Part shown: in pieces, positions 11,042-25,100 of the stretch
Position numbering within the stretch: the stretch's first letter is position 1
Layout of the letters: each line of letters begins with the position of its first letter
Origin: Paraspadella gotoi
Taxonomy: Eukaryota; Animalia; Chaetognatha
NCBI GenBank assembly: GCA_051294375.1
Contig: CM119264.1
Coordinates: 25,775,392-25,839,391 of the forward strand
Direction: 5' to 3'
Length of the DNA: 64,000 nucleotides
Position numbers and translations under genes: made by a program
Notes under the pieces: model-generated
Databases searched by the model: none
What the model was told of the DNA's origin: nothing
The model's input: only the letters and a program-made list of their open reading frames with translations

Positions 11042-14000
11042 CGTGCCCCAGTCACACAATGATGACACTTTACAATATGGCCATCATTACGCCCCACCAA
11101 ATTTAATTATTGTTCAATTAAATGGTTTGCGTCAGATATTTGATTATTTTAGGTTTAAATTGCACATACCTGAATTAACACATGTCGAGAGGGATGTTTG
11201 TTATATGTAACAATCATAATAAATAATAGTCACCTTAATCATCCAGAAATACATGTGATAACAAGTTAACAGCGGCTGCACACATGCTTGGAGAGGAGTA
11301 CCGACGTTCATTGTTACTACTATTCTCTGTTTTCTTGGTCTCTTTCTCAAAGGCGAGTTTTCTTTTTTTTTTTCTGCTTATATCCTCTTTTTGTTCTTTT
11401 TTCTCGTTTTTCATGGATTTCTTTTCTTTTTTATTTTTTTTAGTGTTAGACGGGACGTCGTGACTCTTATTGTTTTTGCCCCGATCAATCGGGGTTTTTT
11501 TGACGATAGAATCGCGAACTCGGATGTGTCGACGTGTTTGTTTAAGCCAGGTGTGGCAGGCAATCATTGATAATCAGTTCACATTTAAAAATTTAATTAA
11601 GTAGTTTAGTAAAACTTTAACTCGTCTATACGAAGTTAATCTTAGGTTTGCGTGAAAAAGGTAATATGGAGGAAAAAGGACCAATTTTTTTTTTTTGTTG
11701 CAAAAAAAATAGCTCAGGTGGAGGGCGTTAAAGGATCATGATGCGTTGGAAAAAAATATGTAAAAACTATTCTGACATGACATGTCTTAAGCGGTAGGGA
11801 AGCCAATAAGTAAGCTGCAATACTGGGATCGTATATTAGAAGTCTCAGACACCAATGAATCAAGCTATGGCAGTCCTAGCTATATTCACGGAGTAGCCCG
11901 TTCCACGAAATAACAGTAGAGAGACCGGGGTCTGCATTGGAAAGTCACTTTCACTCGTCTCGTCTGCATGCTTCTTCCCACTGGACTGACGCCGGCTCTT
12001 TCTCAGTTCTCACACCAGACATTCTTTCTCTCTCTTGCTGTCCTTAGCTTACTTCGACGGCGTGCGCGTGCTTAGATCAGGGTCATTGCGAGTGACAATC
12101 TAGTATACAGCAAAACAAGACAATATACCGACCAGACTCACTTATCAGCCGTAATATTACACCGCGTCTCGGAAGTTACCGTGCTGGACTGAATGAGGCT
12201 CGGATCAGCATTATCCATCAAGAATTGGTCGTCGTGTGTCCAAATGCGGCGGGTAAGGATTCCCGTCTTCGCTTCTCCAACCCGTTCAATCTCATTCTCG
12301 AGCTCGTCAGGTCTCTCAGCCAACCTCCTCTCATCTTGCAACTCACCTCTCTCCTCGTGCATCATCCTCTTTCTCTCTCCGTCGTCATCCCGCCTCTCTA
12401 TGCCCTACGTTGACTATAGGCGTCATAAGTCAAGTCAGGATTTATGCAATGGTTTGAGGGGGAACGTCAACGGCCCTTTCCGGGGGGGCGGGTAAATAAG
12501 CACGCAATATCTTGGAACCAAATAAACTTCGTGGAGGAGGGGGGTCGAGAAGTCAGAGGCGGACACCGCGAGCAGGACGGCGCAAAATTTGTTTGTTATT
12601 CACCCGGCGTGCAAAACGTTTTTGAATGGGATTTAGGAGGCGAAGAAAAATCTTTTTTTCTCCTTCTTATGTGGGAAAAAAAAAAATAAAATTAACAATA
12701 GAAGTAGGGTAAAGACCTCGCATTTCAAGCGTTTCGAAATTTAAAAGTAAAAAAAAGAGGAAACACGGTTATACGTTCAAGCTGAGGGAGGACAGGGGGA
12801 CAAAAAGATATTGTGGCAAGAGTTTTGTGGCACAAATTCTCCGCAAGAATAAAAAAAACAAACATAGGAAGCGAAGATCAGAACAAACAAAAATAACACG
12901 CCGTTCATATCGGGATACAAAAACTTCAACCCTTATACCCTATTCGTTTTTTTTTTAAACGAAAAATCGTCACACTTGTTTTGGGTAAAACAGCGTTGCT
13001 CCGAAATTTTCCAAAGGGAAAAGAATACCAGGGATAGTTGAAGAAATTGGTAAGCAAAAAAACAAACGAAACCCGATACGAACAGATATGTGATTTATGA
13101 CACAATTCAATACTTGTCAGAAACAGGAGCTTACGGATATGAGAACATCACCTTAATGTTTTAAAAATCTTGTTGTTTCTCAGTTTGAAAAAAAATAAAG
13201 GATCAATTGGTCTCATGCCTGGAGATTCGATAAAGGGTCGATCTTCTATAGAACTTCAGTTTCTCTATTCTCCTGAGAAGAAAAAAAAAATAACAAATAA
13301 AGGAAATGGGGTATAAGTAACTGAAAGTCACATAGAAAAAACAAAGGGAACCTCAGCAAAAAGAAAAGGGGAAAAAAACGGGAAAAAAGAGAGGACAAAA
13401 ATAATTTGTTTCCCGTCGTCGTAAAAGGCGACGCGACCTGACCCTTCCGGAGGATCTTCACCCAAAGGTAGGAGAAACCGAACAGAAAAGAAGACGGAGG
13501 AAACACATTGATGATGGTTATGATAGGAAGGGAAGAGAGAGAGAAAGGAGGAACACGGGAGGGAGAATAGTAAGGGAGAGCTACGTATAGGAAAGGGAGA
13601 GAGGAAGAAGAGGAGAGGTGAGAGAGAGAAGAGAGAGCACGAGCTAAACATGGGAGAAAAAGCAGGTAAGAAGACGCAAGGCATCTGTGGAATTGATCCT
13701 GGGGCCAGAGCGACACGGAAGGAGAGACAGTCAATGCCGACACGAAAAAAAGGCGGAAAAGGGAGGCCGTGTCCCTGGTTGAGGGGACCCGAGCCATCCG
13801 TCGGGCGGGACAATGGCGGAGATGTCCCCGCCAACGCCAGCCCGATTACCGGCTCACATCTTTGCCGCAGTCTTTCCGAGCTTTACCCAATAAGAAGTTG
13901 AGAAGAAAGAAATGCTTCAGCGCCTGTCGAGACCAAAAGATCGAAACGAACAGACACCAAACAGAGAAGGCTGACCGTTCGGATGGCGGGGAGGGAGAAA

Positions 14001-16504
14001 GAAGAAGATGAATTAAACAGGGAAAGTAGTAAATTATAAAAAATGTAAAAACAGGATAAAAAAGAAAAGAAAATGGGCCATGTGATTGAAAAACGACTCT
14101 CGCCGCCAATTGAAAAAGAGGGTAAAAGCAAAAGAAGGCCCAATACATTATGGAAATACAATATTGTAGAATATAAGATCCAACCCAAAGAGTCAAATAG
14201 GGCTTTCGCGGATTGCCGCCCCGAACCCTATGGATAACTATAATCGAGACTCCAGTACTAGGTTTTTATTCGGGAATTTTTTCCAAACAATATCTTCTGA
14301 AAGTACGAGATAGCGAATGAAAACAATAGGACAATCAAGAATGGGGAAAAAGTATTTACTTTCGATTGAAACCCAGATAGAGCAAGTATTTATTGTGAAT
14401 GAAACGCAGGGATAAATATTTTTGTAGTAGTCTGTTAAACAACCTAGTAAACAAAATCCGTGAAATGTGAGTACCCTTCTATGTTAGAAAAGTGGAGCAT
14501 GGGGCATTTTCAAATGAATATAGGCGACAAAAGCCCCGAGAAGCTGGTCGATAACACAGAGCTAGGCGAGGAAGATGGAAAAAAGTAAACGGAATGCCAG
14601 AGGTCCGAGTCCTACCGGGCAAAAGACGTGGCACGCGAAAACGAAATAAAAAATATATAAATACACCCAAAGTCTCTATAGTTTGCCGACATTGGTATAC
14701 GCAAGCGGAACAAGAAGAAACATAAAAATAAAATGAGAGAAAATAATAACATTAATTCGATGGACAACGAATATCGCGGGACGAAAATGCAAAGAAGGAT
14801 AGCAAGATCTCCTTCAGTACGACCCCGACCAAACGTACTAATAATAAAGAACTTTGAGACAAGTTGCGCATCTCAGCGGAGACGCCGATGGTTTACACGT
14901 CCCTTGAAAGAATCAGGCCACACGACGACCGGAAGGGCACAATAAAGATACAGGGAAAGCTACAACGACAACGGAACGCAACACGGACGACAAACACAGA
15001 CGCACCGCGTCAGAGATTGAGATCTTCGTCTCTCGATTATTCCTTTCCTGAGAATCGAGAGAGCGATGCTAGAGGCCAGAAACTCGGGAAATTATTCCAG
15101 GTAACATCTCCCACGAGCCGCCGACTATTATTTGGGGTTTTTGACGGAGATAAGCGACCACCTTACTCCTGGAACATAATTACTCTGAACGCTTTAAACA
15201 CTTTTATATTGGCTGAGGTAGGGCCCATTGCCAAATGCTCTTCAGAGTAAACTGTTTAATCAGTCACTCGGTGCGATCCCTAAGCCCGACTTCTGTTCAA
15301 GTACGAGCACCATTATTCCTCTGCTCCATCGACGCTTAGACTATACTATCATCACCACTGCATTACTGAAAATGGGGGTGGGGTTGCAATCTTCTGTTCT
15401 CCGACCTTACTCGACGTCAACCACGGAATTGCGGACAAGCAGCGGCCCAACAACTTTTTTTTCCCTCTCTCGCAATCACGCCCGAGACACAGCTCCGCTC
15501 TAGCTGCACCCACTGCCGCGACTGGGCATCTTTCCAAGTGCCCGATACCTACTCTTCCCTTTTAAGCGCAATCTTCCAACCCTGCATCTATCTATCCCAC
15601 CGGATCATCCTGTCTGCCGACCGGAAAAATATAACTGGATTGTCGACTACTTACATCCTCCAGTCCGAGGCATTGGCCGTTATTTAAACTTCTCTGGCAT
15701 TTAATCCTTCCTCTTTTTTCCCTTTCCTTCCCTTTTACCTTACTTATCTTATCTTCTTTCTGCTCGAGAGCACACTCTGTCTTTATTGTTTTTTTCATAT
15801 TGGCTAATCGTTCTTTTCCCAGGGGGAGGAAAAGCAAAAAAACGCCCAGGGTGTATAAAAGAAATATTTAAGGAAAGGGGCCAATAGTAGTCGACATTAG
15901 TAAAAAAACTATTAACTGGGTATATCTATTTAAAATACTACATGATTTTTAGTTTATAAATGTATTATAATAAACAAGTATTTATTTGTTTTTGAAAAAC
16001 GTGGTTTTTTGGCTTCTAATCCAAATCATTTTAGAAAATACATTAATAGAAAAAAAATACGTAATATTTTATACGCTGGCACAATTCCTCTGGGGCCCAC
16101 TCTAAGATCATGCCTCATCTTCTTACCTTTGTCCTCAGACCCGTATACCTGTTTAGAATTTTGTGAGTTCCTACCAATCAGTTGATGTCGGCTAAACTGA
16201 GTCCGACATACGTTAGCCACAGACCTATCATCAATTATTCTATTTGCTACAATTTTTTCAATCTCCAGCCACGTTAAAACCCTACCTTTGCTCTTCACCC
16301 CGAACTTATTTGACTTCCGTTCAAAGAAAACAATTCCTCTTTCCCTCGGGTTGACCTCCATTTTTCCTTTAAGTAACAGCCAATAAAAATATAGAAACCC
16401 CTCTCACCCCCGATACCTCAAACCGGACCCTACTCGAATCTACCTTCTCATCCAATCCCCTTAAGGATCCACTTGCCCAATTCGCCCCTCTCTCCCGCAC
16501 CAAG

Positions 16505-16718
16505 TCATTTGGCGGGTACCGGTGGTTTCGAGGCCGGCGTCCAGCGATGTCCTTTTCCAAAAATAATGTGCCGCAGAACGTGGATCGGTCGAGATCCCCG
16601 ATGTAACTGGAGGTAACGGTGGTTGCCTGAGGGGGACTAGTCGGTTTTCACCTTAGAGGGTAACGCGCAAATACGCGGTGTCCGCCCGCTTGCGAAAATA
16701 CCATGAGGAAGAGCTGTC
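16505..16718 (-). other. Insertion-riddled read of the Ig exon found intact at 46461-46618 (also at 32841-33054)
   Basis: Collinear with 46461-46618 (e.g. GATGTAACTGGAG, CGCGGTGTCC, GCCGGCGTC), but ~214 vs 158 bp because of scattered extra bases. Confidence 0.85.
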
Positions 16719-16831
16719 TGAAGGAAGGAAGGAGCCGGGGTGCACGGCGAAGTAAAGGAGCAGGGGAAAACAGGGTAGGTTAGTATACTTAAGAGGAGGA
16801 GGAGGAGGCATAGGAAAGCGTATTGAAGTAC

Positions 16832-17309
16832 TATGAGTGGGCACAGCCGGGGACGCAATAGGCCTTGTGATTACTGCCTAATCGGGGTACTGTGCGGCGG
16901 TCTATCATTCCACCCCAAACCCGCGTAGGGGCCAGTCGTCGCGAGGACAGTCACCCTACCAGTGGGATACCGGCCTTCTGATCATTGTCATGATTTATGT
17001 AGTTGTTAGAGTCGATACGTAATAAGAGCACAGCACGATTATTCCACGAGTCAGTATTTCCTGATACCCAGTGTCGGCAGGTGCGCAACTGGGGCTGCGG
17101 GCCGCGCTCGCGGGTCACAATTTAGGCCAAACTCCGCTGGCGGGATAAGCGCCCAGAGGCAATTGGAACCCCCGGGACCCACCGGGATGGAATGAGATGA
17201 TTTAGGCGTCGTGCCTCCAGACCATTTGGAGACTAGGCTGAGCGAAAAAGGGGCCAAGGGCCAGTGGGAGGGCAGGCTGTCCTTTTTAAGTATCTTGCTG
17301 CCAACTCTA
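16832..17309. mobile_element. Candidate MITE with short TIRs (also at 33168-33645)
   Basis: Left end TATGAGTGGGCACAGC vs reverse complement of right end TAGAGTTGGCAGC. The segment is absent from the cleaner version at 46694-46700. No clear 8-bp TSD. Confidence 0.4.
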
Positions 17310-20300
17310 TAACCAAGGATCATGTTAATGTAATTAAGAAAATAGTTACATAACAAATAATATAATCATAACTTCAGGCCATCTTTTTGCTCAATAGAAA
17401 TCTTTGCCATGAACAGTAATTGGACCATAAAGAAAAGAATAGAGGAAGACTCAAGTAGGGGACAAGAACTAAAAATGGTGGGGTGTTAATATGCAAGCAA
17501 GCAGAGACGCCCTATTGTTCCTGCAAATGCTGAGGTTTTATTGCCTTTTGGTTTCTATTGATCTTATCTTGATTTTTTGTGGTTTATATTGTCTATTCTC
17601 CGCTTTAGACTGGGATGTTTGGGTCAGCCGGTTCAAAATTATTGTTATTGGTAGTATTTGGGAAATTTTTCCACGGGGGAGGAGAGAGAAAAGAGACGCC
17701 CACCGCCCCGGTTGTATGTTAGTTAGTTTGAGTTTTGATCCCTAATTTAGTTTGGCAATCCTAAAAAAGCATTTGTTGGAAAATAGCGAGAGTATTCGTT
17801 GTCAAACATTTTGCGGAGGATCTGTGTCCTTCTTCCCGTCCTGCATGGATGGTCGCTCGGGATGAAAGGAGGCTGACCGTACTCGTCGGAGGTCGCCTCC
17901 GTTTCAAGGGCGTGTTTGGTTACCTCATTATCACTGACATTTTCCTAAAGAAGACCAGTCTATCTAATCGTCGGGGCCGGTTTTGCACGAAAATAATCCA
18001 TCATTCTTATTTAATATTAATTTAATTTTAAAGTTGTAATTTTTTTCTACCCCCCTTCTTTATGGTAATTTAATTCTTCTAGAGCTGGGAGCGACTCGCC
18101 TGGTCAATTCCCGCTGCCGAACCCACGTCATGAGATCATTATCGACAAACGAGATCAGGTGACGTAGTCAGGACGGGTCATACTTACATAATAAATGGTC
18201 GAGATCACCCGCCAAGTTGCATCATTCTATGATTTTTTTTTTTTGTATTCCACACATTTCGAGTAGTTTTGGTTTCCTGTTGATTTTAAATAGTGCTCTT
18301 GTGACAATTTTAAGGGGGTCCTTCTAGTTTAACACTGGTAGACAAGTGACGAAGTCACGAGGGGCGTCGGTTTGTCGGTTGTCTTGTCTTGCCTCCCGGA
18401 AGTGTCGTACGTTTAAAACGGCGGGCGGTCCGCAGCTGGAAAAACGAGGCGCACTTGAAACCCCGTCATCGATGACACGGGCGTTAACGATCGCAGCCTT
18501 GCCGAACGCGACGGCGAACGAAACCCATCGCCTCTCAGAGTAAAATAGGGTCGAATGAGCGCAGGAGGATAAGACGAAGAAAGATGACGACGAACCAGAT
18601 GAGTATGAGGACGACGATATAGACCATAGGATGACCATGATGACGATGAGGATGACAAACGATGCGACGATGACGACATGATGACGATGACGACCATGAG
18701 GACGATGATTGAGGACGATGACGATGATATTTAACGATGAGTACGATGATGACGACAGAATGAGGACTGACGATTAGAGCGTATGGATTGATATTGTGTA
18801 CGTTGATCAGGTATCGTTATGCCTTTTAGTTGGCCTTATCGTTAGGACTGTATTTGTACGAGATAACGATTACTGACATATTGACGAGGCTAGAATCGAT
18901 GGAGCAATATGATAATTTATATTACGAAACTTTGAGATCATGTAGACTGTTAAACATGATTTGACTTACTTAATTATAATGACAAATGAGGAGATGATCA
19001 TTAGGGAGCACTCGGCCATATAGCTATGGAGATTTTTTTGTTATTACTGTAGAGGGTAGAACAAGCGCATCTACGGATGACAAGCGAGGCAATACATTGA
19101 ATGAGATTAGAACTAAGACTCATGACGAAGTATGTAGACAGAGAGATGAGGACAAGTCTGATGATATTAAAACCGATAGTAGTGATAGATGATTGAAACG
19201 GATCATAAACTCGAGGGACTAGGTAAGACGCCATGAATACAGTATGAGTGTGAATATGTTAGTGGTGGGATTGACGAGGAGCGACGACCAGACATCTCCG
19301 AGCTTGTTCGGATGAGCACGATCATGGATTCCGGGCAAGAAAACATTGTCCAAAAGGATAAGTCACGTATGTATGGACGATGTATTCTGATAAAAGAGCC
19401 GAACAAAACCGCCCCATGATTTCTAATTATTCTTGCCCATGATGGGCGATGCCCAAATGAACGAATAGACCAATTCTTATCACAAGGAGAGAAATCGTTG
19501 TAAACGATGACAACCCACCAGCACTGCCGCCCGGATACTGATCCCGACAGACGATCAAAAAATGTTGAAATGTCGATCAACTTCCCATGCCGGATAGAGA
19601 AGTTACGTTCGCACTAGCGGTTATACGGAAGATGGAGTGAACGACACCAGGAGTGCAGGCGGGCAGAGGCGTACGCCTGTCCGTATCTGCCACGAAATCC
19701 CGTACCACATTATCTTCCTTCTCTTCTCCAACCAGATAGCACCGATAACGAGCATACCAAACCTTCTCAGTCCCTAGGCGTACCCCAACCGACACGGTTC
19801 ACCTTACTGCTTCGTATTCAATCCCTTGACAGCCGCGACACCTCGGAACAGAAAGACCGACCAACACCCATCGAGCAATGCAATGACACAAAGCACCGTC
19901 GGAATGTACAAAACCTCTTGGAGTCACTGGCGAATGAGGCAGAGTAAATTGAATGATGACACCCCACTCATAAAGATGCACTCCGCCACATTTTTTTCTC
20001 CACAAAAAATGACACTCTAACGCTTTTATATTCTGCACTGTGTAAACAATCGACGGTCTCTCTTTCCTTTTTTAAATTGATCTGATCTTTTACTCTTTCA
20101 TATCGTTTTAATTTCTTGTTCATTTCTTCCTTTTAGGGATCTTTCCCTTCTACTTCTTATTTTTTTCCTTAAGTACTATTTTTTTTATTTAAGAATTATT
20201 TCTTCTTTTCTTCTTTCATAATATCCTATCTTTTTTATACATATTCAAGCTTGCAAATTTTATTTTTCACACCGTACAACGTCTTAATCCTCCATTCTTT

Positions 20301-20701
20301 AACAGTGAACTATGATAGGGAAAGAACCAGCGACGGGAGTATTCTTGAATGCGCCCGACCACGGAAGAAAGAGATGGGGAATTATAAATTTCTATCTCAG
20401 AAAATAGAGACAATATGGGTAAGAACTTGACAAACAGAATAAACGGTGTCAAAGAAAATTAACAAGAGAGGGAGCCGAGAGTGAATAATATATAAAAAGT
20501 TGGGTATCCTCCCTTTAATTGATCTATAACACTCATTGGCATTCAAAAGATACATTCCCGAGTAAATCGGTAGAGCCATGGCGGGTAAAAAGTTACAGCC
20601 GTAGAAAGGAAGCCCCAATCTGGCCCATTGTGGGGCCGGATGCCGAATCTGATGTGTTCTTTATATAAATGCATCCTCCTCTAATTTTTGGTAGAGAGTA
20701 C

Positions 20702-21411
20702 TGTTCATGGAGACGTAAACACCTAACGAAAATTTTCGTTATTTAACAATAAATGATTTTATTTGTGAATTCGGATGCATTGGATCTTCGCGGCCGCCGG
20801 AGTTTGGGCTGCCGCCCATGAAGACTTTCCGCCCGAATCCGGAATTTTTTCCAGAGTTTCTCCGAAATTCTGAAAAAGCCTTGATTTAATGCAGCTCTCT
20901 GGGCGAATGAACAGCCCCACCCCTCTCAGAACACGAGCCTCCACAGAGCGTTACGTGAGCTCATCACTACACACGAGGTCATTGTTAGCTGGAGTTGTAT
21001 ACAAAATAACGCAGGGAGGGTTAACGAAATGAATCCTTTTTCCTGAACCTACGGTTCTTTCACGAGTACAGACCATCAAGGACAATCTCCCAGGTAATTT
21101 AGTCTGAGTAGAGCACCACCGTCATGGAACAGTAGCAGAAGGGCCGGGGACAAGGCAGTAGCAAGGCTTAGATATTAGATCAAAGCAATTGAGTGCCCAT
21201 ATATTATTTACTGTTGATTATCATAAGGACTATACCGGATAAAGACCGGCAATCCACGGCGATTAGTCGACGACGGATTATTCGAAAAATAGGATTAAAT
21301 AGATAATAGACGATTGGTGCAACCGAGGCAGCAAATGCCCCATCATTGGTCAGAGATTCTCCAAAGTTGACTACCTCTGACCACTGATTAGGTAGTAGAC
21401 TAATCATGAAA
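20702..21411 (-). repeat. Putative 3' LTR of Gypsy A
   Basis: Inverted termini TGTTCATG (20702) ... CATGAA[c]A (21411). Adjacent minus-strand purine tract GGGGAGGGATCCC (21412-21424) as PPT. Minus-strand AATAAA near 20758-20763. No second LTR available to confirm. Confidence 0.55.
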
Positions 21412-21714
21412 GGGATCCCTCCCCACCACGCACGATGAACAAATCACGATTTCAATCCCCAGCCGTGTTTCCGTGAAGGCCTCAGAGTCCTCTCTTCCTG
21501 CTGATGTGACTTGGATTTATGTCTTGTGTTTATCTTTGGTCGTGTCTGAGTTTCTGGGCTCAAAAGGATTCCCTCCGCGACCTTTGAGGTAATATTTTTT
21601 TTATTTTGTTGGCTTTCGCTCCCGTCCCAGCGGTAAAGACATCCGATCCGAGAGTACTCGACAATCTAAATTTCATTCACTTGTCCTTTTTAATAATCTG
21701 TTATCGGAATCTTT

Positions 21715-22085
21715 TTAGGAATAGTCTTAACACACTAAAGACTTTTTGGGCGGCCCTAGTCTTTAAAAAGTAATCTTCCATGCTCTATCATTCTCTCACT
21801 GTTTCTCTTGATCTCTTGTTAGAGACTAGATCTTCTGACTAAGCATCTTTTGGGGCCTCTTAGTCTTTTCATATAAAGCACCCTGTTGATTATAACTCTG
21901 TAATGTTATTCCTTTGTATTCCTTTTTTATTGCTTTTAGAATAGTTTGAAAAAGAATCAACCTTTGGGCTTGTGCTTCTTAAAAAAAGGACGTTCTTTTG
22001 TGTTATTAATAGTTCTTTCTGATCCTTTTGAAATTAATACGTCTTGAAAAAACCTTTGGGGCATTTCAGCTTCCTCTTAAGAATC
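21715..22085. repeat. Four-unit ~105 bp periodic array in the 3' UTR of Gypsy A (also 38051-38421)
   Basis: Recurring core resembling TAGAATAGTCTT-AAAA-CTTTGGGC-TAGTCTTT near 21716, 21821, 21938 and 22030. Confidence 0.6.
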
Positions 22086-22199
22086 AGAACTTTTCGATTT
22101 GTTCTCTCTTTTTTTCCTTTTCGTTCTTGAGAAGACAAAGAGAGATCGATTTCAATGTAATTTTATTCTTTTTTTTTTTTTTTTGTTTCTAGGCAGAGG

Positions 22200-25100
22200 G
22201 TAGGTCTGAAAAGAGACGGCGCCAATATCCTCCGAATCTGAAAGTTTTGCCTTGTCTCTCTGGTTGCCCTGCTACCATTTTTATAGCATCTTTGGCCCCC
22301 TCCCGGGTTCCTTTTCTCCGATGTTCTTTTGAGGCCCTTTTATCTGTTGATTCTCGTGCTCTCGTTCTCCTCCTTCTTGTTCCTCCTGCTCCTTCGGTCC
22401 TCTCCGTTACGCCGTCGCCGCGTCCAGTTTTGGATTGCCTTTTGTTTATCTATTTCCTAGCCTCTTGGTTGTCCCTTCGGCGTCCCATCGCGTCTTTTTT
22501 GTATTCTAACTTCTAGTTGTACGTCCTTTGTATCTACATGAGATGAAGCCGGATTACACTTGTTGCGGATCGCTAGTTGGCTTCTTTTCGTGTTTCTTGA
22601 GGGATCCGTCTGTGATAATTTCCACGGTTTCGACCCAGCTATAGAGACGACGTACTGTGATTCCGACTCTCTTTCCTATAACTTGTGAGGGCCTGAATAT
22701 ATCTCTAGCCCTTTTTTAACCTCTTATTTCCCGGTTGTCCCCGCCGTGGCCAGGTTCATTATCAAGATCTCGTCTGGCTAGGAACCAAGATCACCGACCT
22801 TGTTCTTACTCCGGTTCTTAAAATGGATTCCCTTTTCTGGCCCGATTGTTCTTTGTAAGAGTTTTGGTTCTTTGACTGGCCAGTTGCGCTTATCGGGACC
22901 TTCTTCTTGTTTGTGATCCGGCCTTTTGTTGTCCTGAGATGAACATCGGATAGGTTTCTCTCTTTTGTGAAATGTCTGCTGCTTTCTAACTTATTTCGCC
23001 TGCCAATACTGAGATTCTCATGTGGCGACAGTAGTCCCTGTCTTTCCAGCCAACTACTAAGGGGGTCCGCCGATAGTTGGAGAAGCAGCCATTAAGTGTG
23101 GGCAGGCTGTTCGAATGCCATCTGCTGTTGATCATCCACAGCTTGAGCAGAGCTTGGCCGAATCGGGCCCTATGATCCTCTCTGGCCCTAGATTAAACTG
23201 CGAGTCATTTTCGCCCTACGAGGACGCGTCCTGCCAACGGTATCTGGTAGATCGAGTGATCCGATTTCACGAAAATTGGGCGCTGAACATGCGTCCTCGC
23301 CGTTTAGCGGTTTGTGTTGGCACCATCAAAATTCCATCCCTTCCATGTAAGATCCCGTGCGATTTGGAGGGAAGATTTTTTTTTCGTCTAGGGTCGTTAC
23401 TACAATTGCTGGCGGCAATCTGAGCCTCCGAACGCATGGGAATCGCTCCCATAGGTATCGGGAGATGCGTATAGTCTGACCGACTACTAATAATACCGTA
23501 ACTAATCCGGGACAACGTGCGGAAGGATGCATGATGTCATGCTTTAAGTGTATCCCCAAGGGCGGTGATGGCAGAGGGTTTGCGGCTGACCGGCGTCTCA
23601 ATTATGTTCATTTGTGTGTCTGTTGCTTATTGGGGCTAGGCAGGCTTGATCACCAAGAATTATCTGACCAATTTTTCGCTGGCAGCAGCCTGAGTACTAC
23701 CAGGGGCCGCACAGGAGAATATACTGAGACGGGTGAGAACGTGTTCGATCCCATTCTCTTCGCGGGCCTGGGGTGTTCCAAAGTCGTTTTCATGAAACAC
23801 GTTGGGCTAAATGATTCTCCAGTCCCCGCCTGTTTTGGGTGGTAGGACAGCTAAACTTTTTTTGTAGGCGGTGTCCGTCTCATTAAGGATCCTTTAATGA
23901 TGAGGATGTCGTTGCGGTGATGTCCACGCAGCAGTCGTCCTAGGCAATTTGACAAGTTACCTTTCGGTGATCGTTATGAAGTTTTTGCATCATTTTCCCC
24001 CTTCGTTAAGTCTTGCCTCGCCCTGTTTACTCGCGGATCGCCCTTCTTCTAAGGCGTGTCGATGCATAGGTTTGAAAAGATTCGTCCTCACTTTGCCCAC
24101 TTTCTTCTGTTCGGTGGCAGAGCGGGCGGAACGAGTTCAGAGGCCGTTTTTTCTTTATATTCCCCTCGTGGTCTCAGTATTTTCCATGGCTACGTCTCTC
24201 TTGGCTTCTCCTGTCGGCACTCAGGACGTCGGGCTCGAGGGTGCTATCTAAATCATGAGCTCTTGATGGGCGCCTGGCTTCCCACCAACCTCTATGGTGT
24301 GAGAGGTTTGGGCCAAGTTGGCGTCTGTGGGATTTCCGGTGGCCTACTGCTTTTCCGAGAGGTTAGATGAAATCATGTGGGAGTTCGTCCAATGTCTCCG
24401 GGGTCTGTAGCTGCCCTGAAAAATCCTTCGGCCTTGTCTGCGTCCGGTATTCTCTTGAGTGGAGTCCAAATTTTTATAATTTTTGGATGGTCCTAGGTTG
24501 ACCCAAGGATCGAGCGGGGTGGTCCGGTTCTCATCATCGGACTAAGCCTGAACTTCCGCAGTTATTGTTCTGAATATTTTAGGTGTCCTTTTTGTATTGC
24601 TGGGGGAACCATTACATAATTTCTACTTCTCGTCCCCCTCTCGATCACTTGCAACTCTGCTCTCTCCTTGGTCGGACATGCTTCCATGCCTATCCATAAC
24701 TTATTCGGTTATCCATCGCTTCAGTCCTGAGACCATTCCTAAATTCTTCATGGGTGACTCCAGATCGCTCCCCAGTCTTTGGCCTGAATATGGTCCTGAT
24801 AGGTGTTCCAGATCCTTTTGTTCCCTGAGCTTTCGCCATATAATTCTTTCGTATGTTGCCAGGCCTTGCTTTGTGTAAGATTTTTTGTCTCACGAAACGC
24901 TCGACTCTACAGAACATTTTCCCCTCCCTGAGGCTTTGGCATCTTCCGCCCTTACCAACACCATCCCTGCTTTTTCGCCTCTCCACTAATGCTAGTGTTT
25001 GGGCGAGTCCCGCAATGGAGCTCCAGGTGTTCTGGGTTTGCTCTGGTCGTACTACATAGGGTTTGTCTTGCAAAACCCCTGCTTCGTCAATTTCGGTCAC

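Noticed and set aside
12138-12405. Coiled-coil-like minus-strand exon ending in AA|GTGAGT
   Set aside because: Present only in the error-rich read; GA-rich composition explains the open frame, and the flanking exons already join in phase without it.
16505-16718. Duplicated mutually exclusive Ig exons (Dscam-like) at 16.5, 32.8 and 46.5 kb
   Set aside because: The two extra copies are identical to each other and broken by random insertions; this is a read-error pattern, not exon diversification.
18540-19300. Asp-rich acidic protein on the + strand
   Set aside because: A noisy (GAT/GAC)n microsatellite plus insertion-laden intron sequence with no continuous ORF; partly collinear with non-coding 47480-47700.
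21204-21407. GPCR TM7/helix-8-like string APIVYYLFNPIFR
   Set aside because: Lies within the putative LTR of a noisy read with no upstream TM helices; most likely chance.
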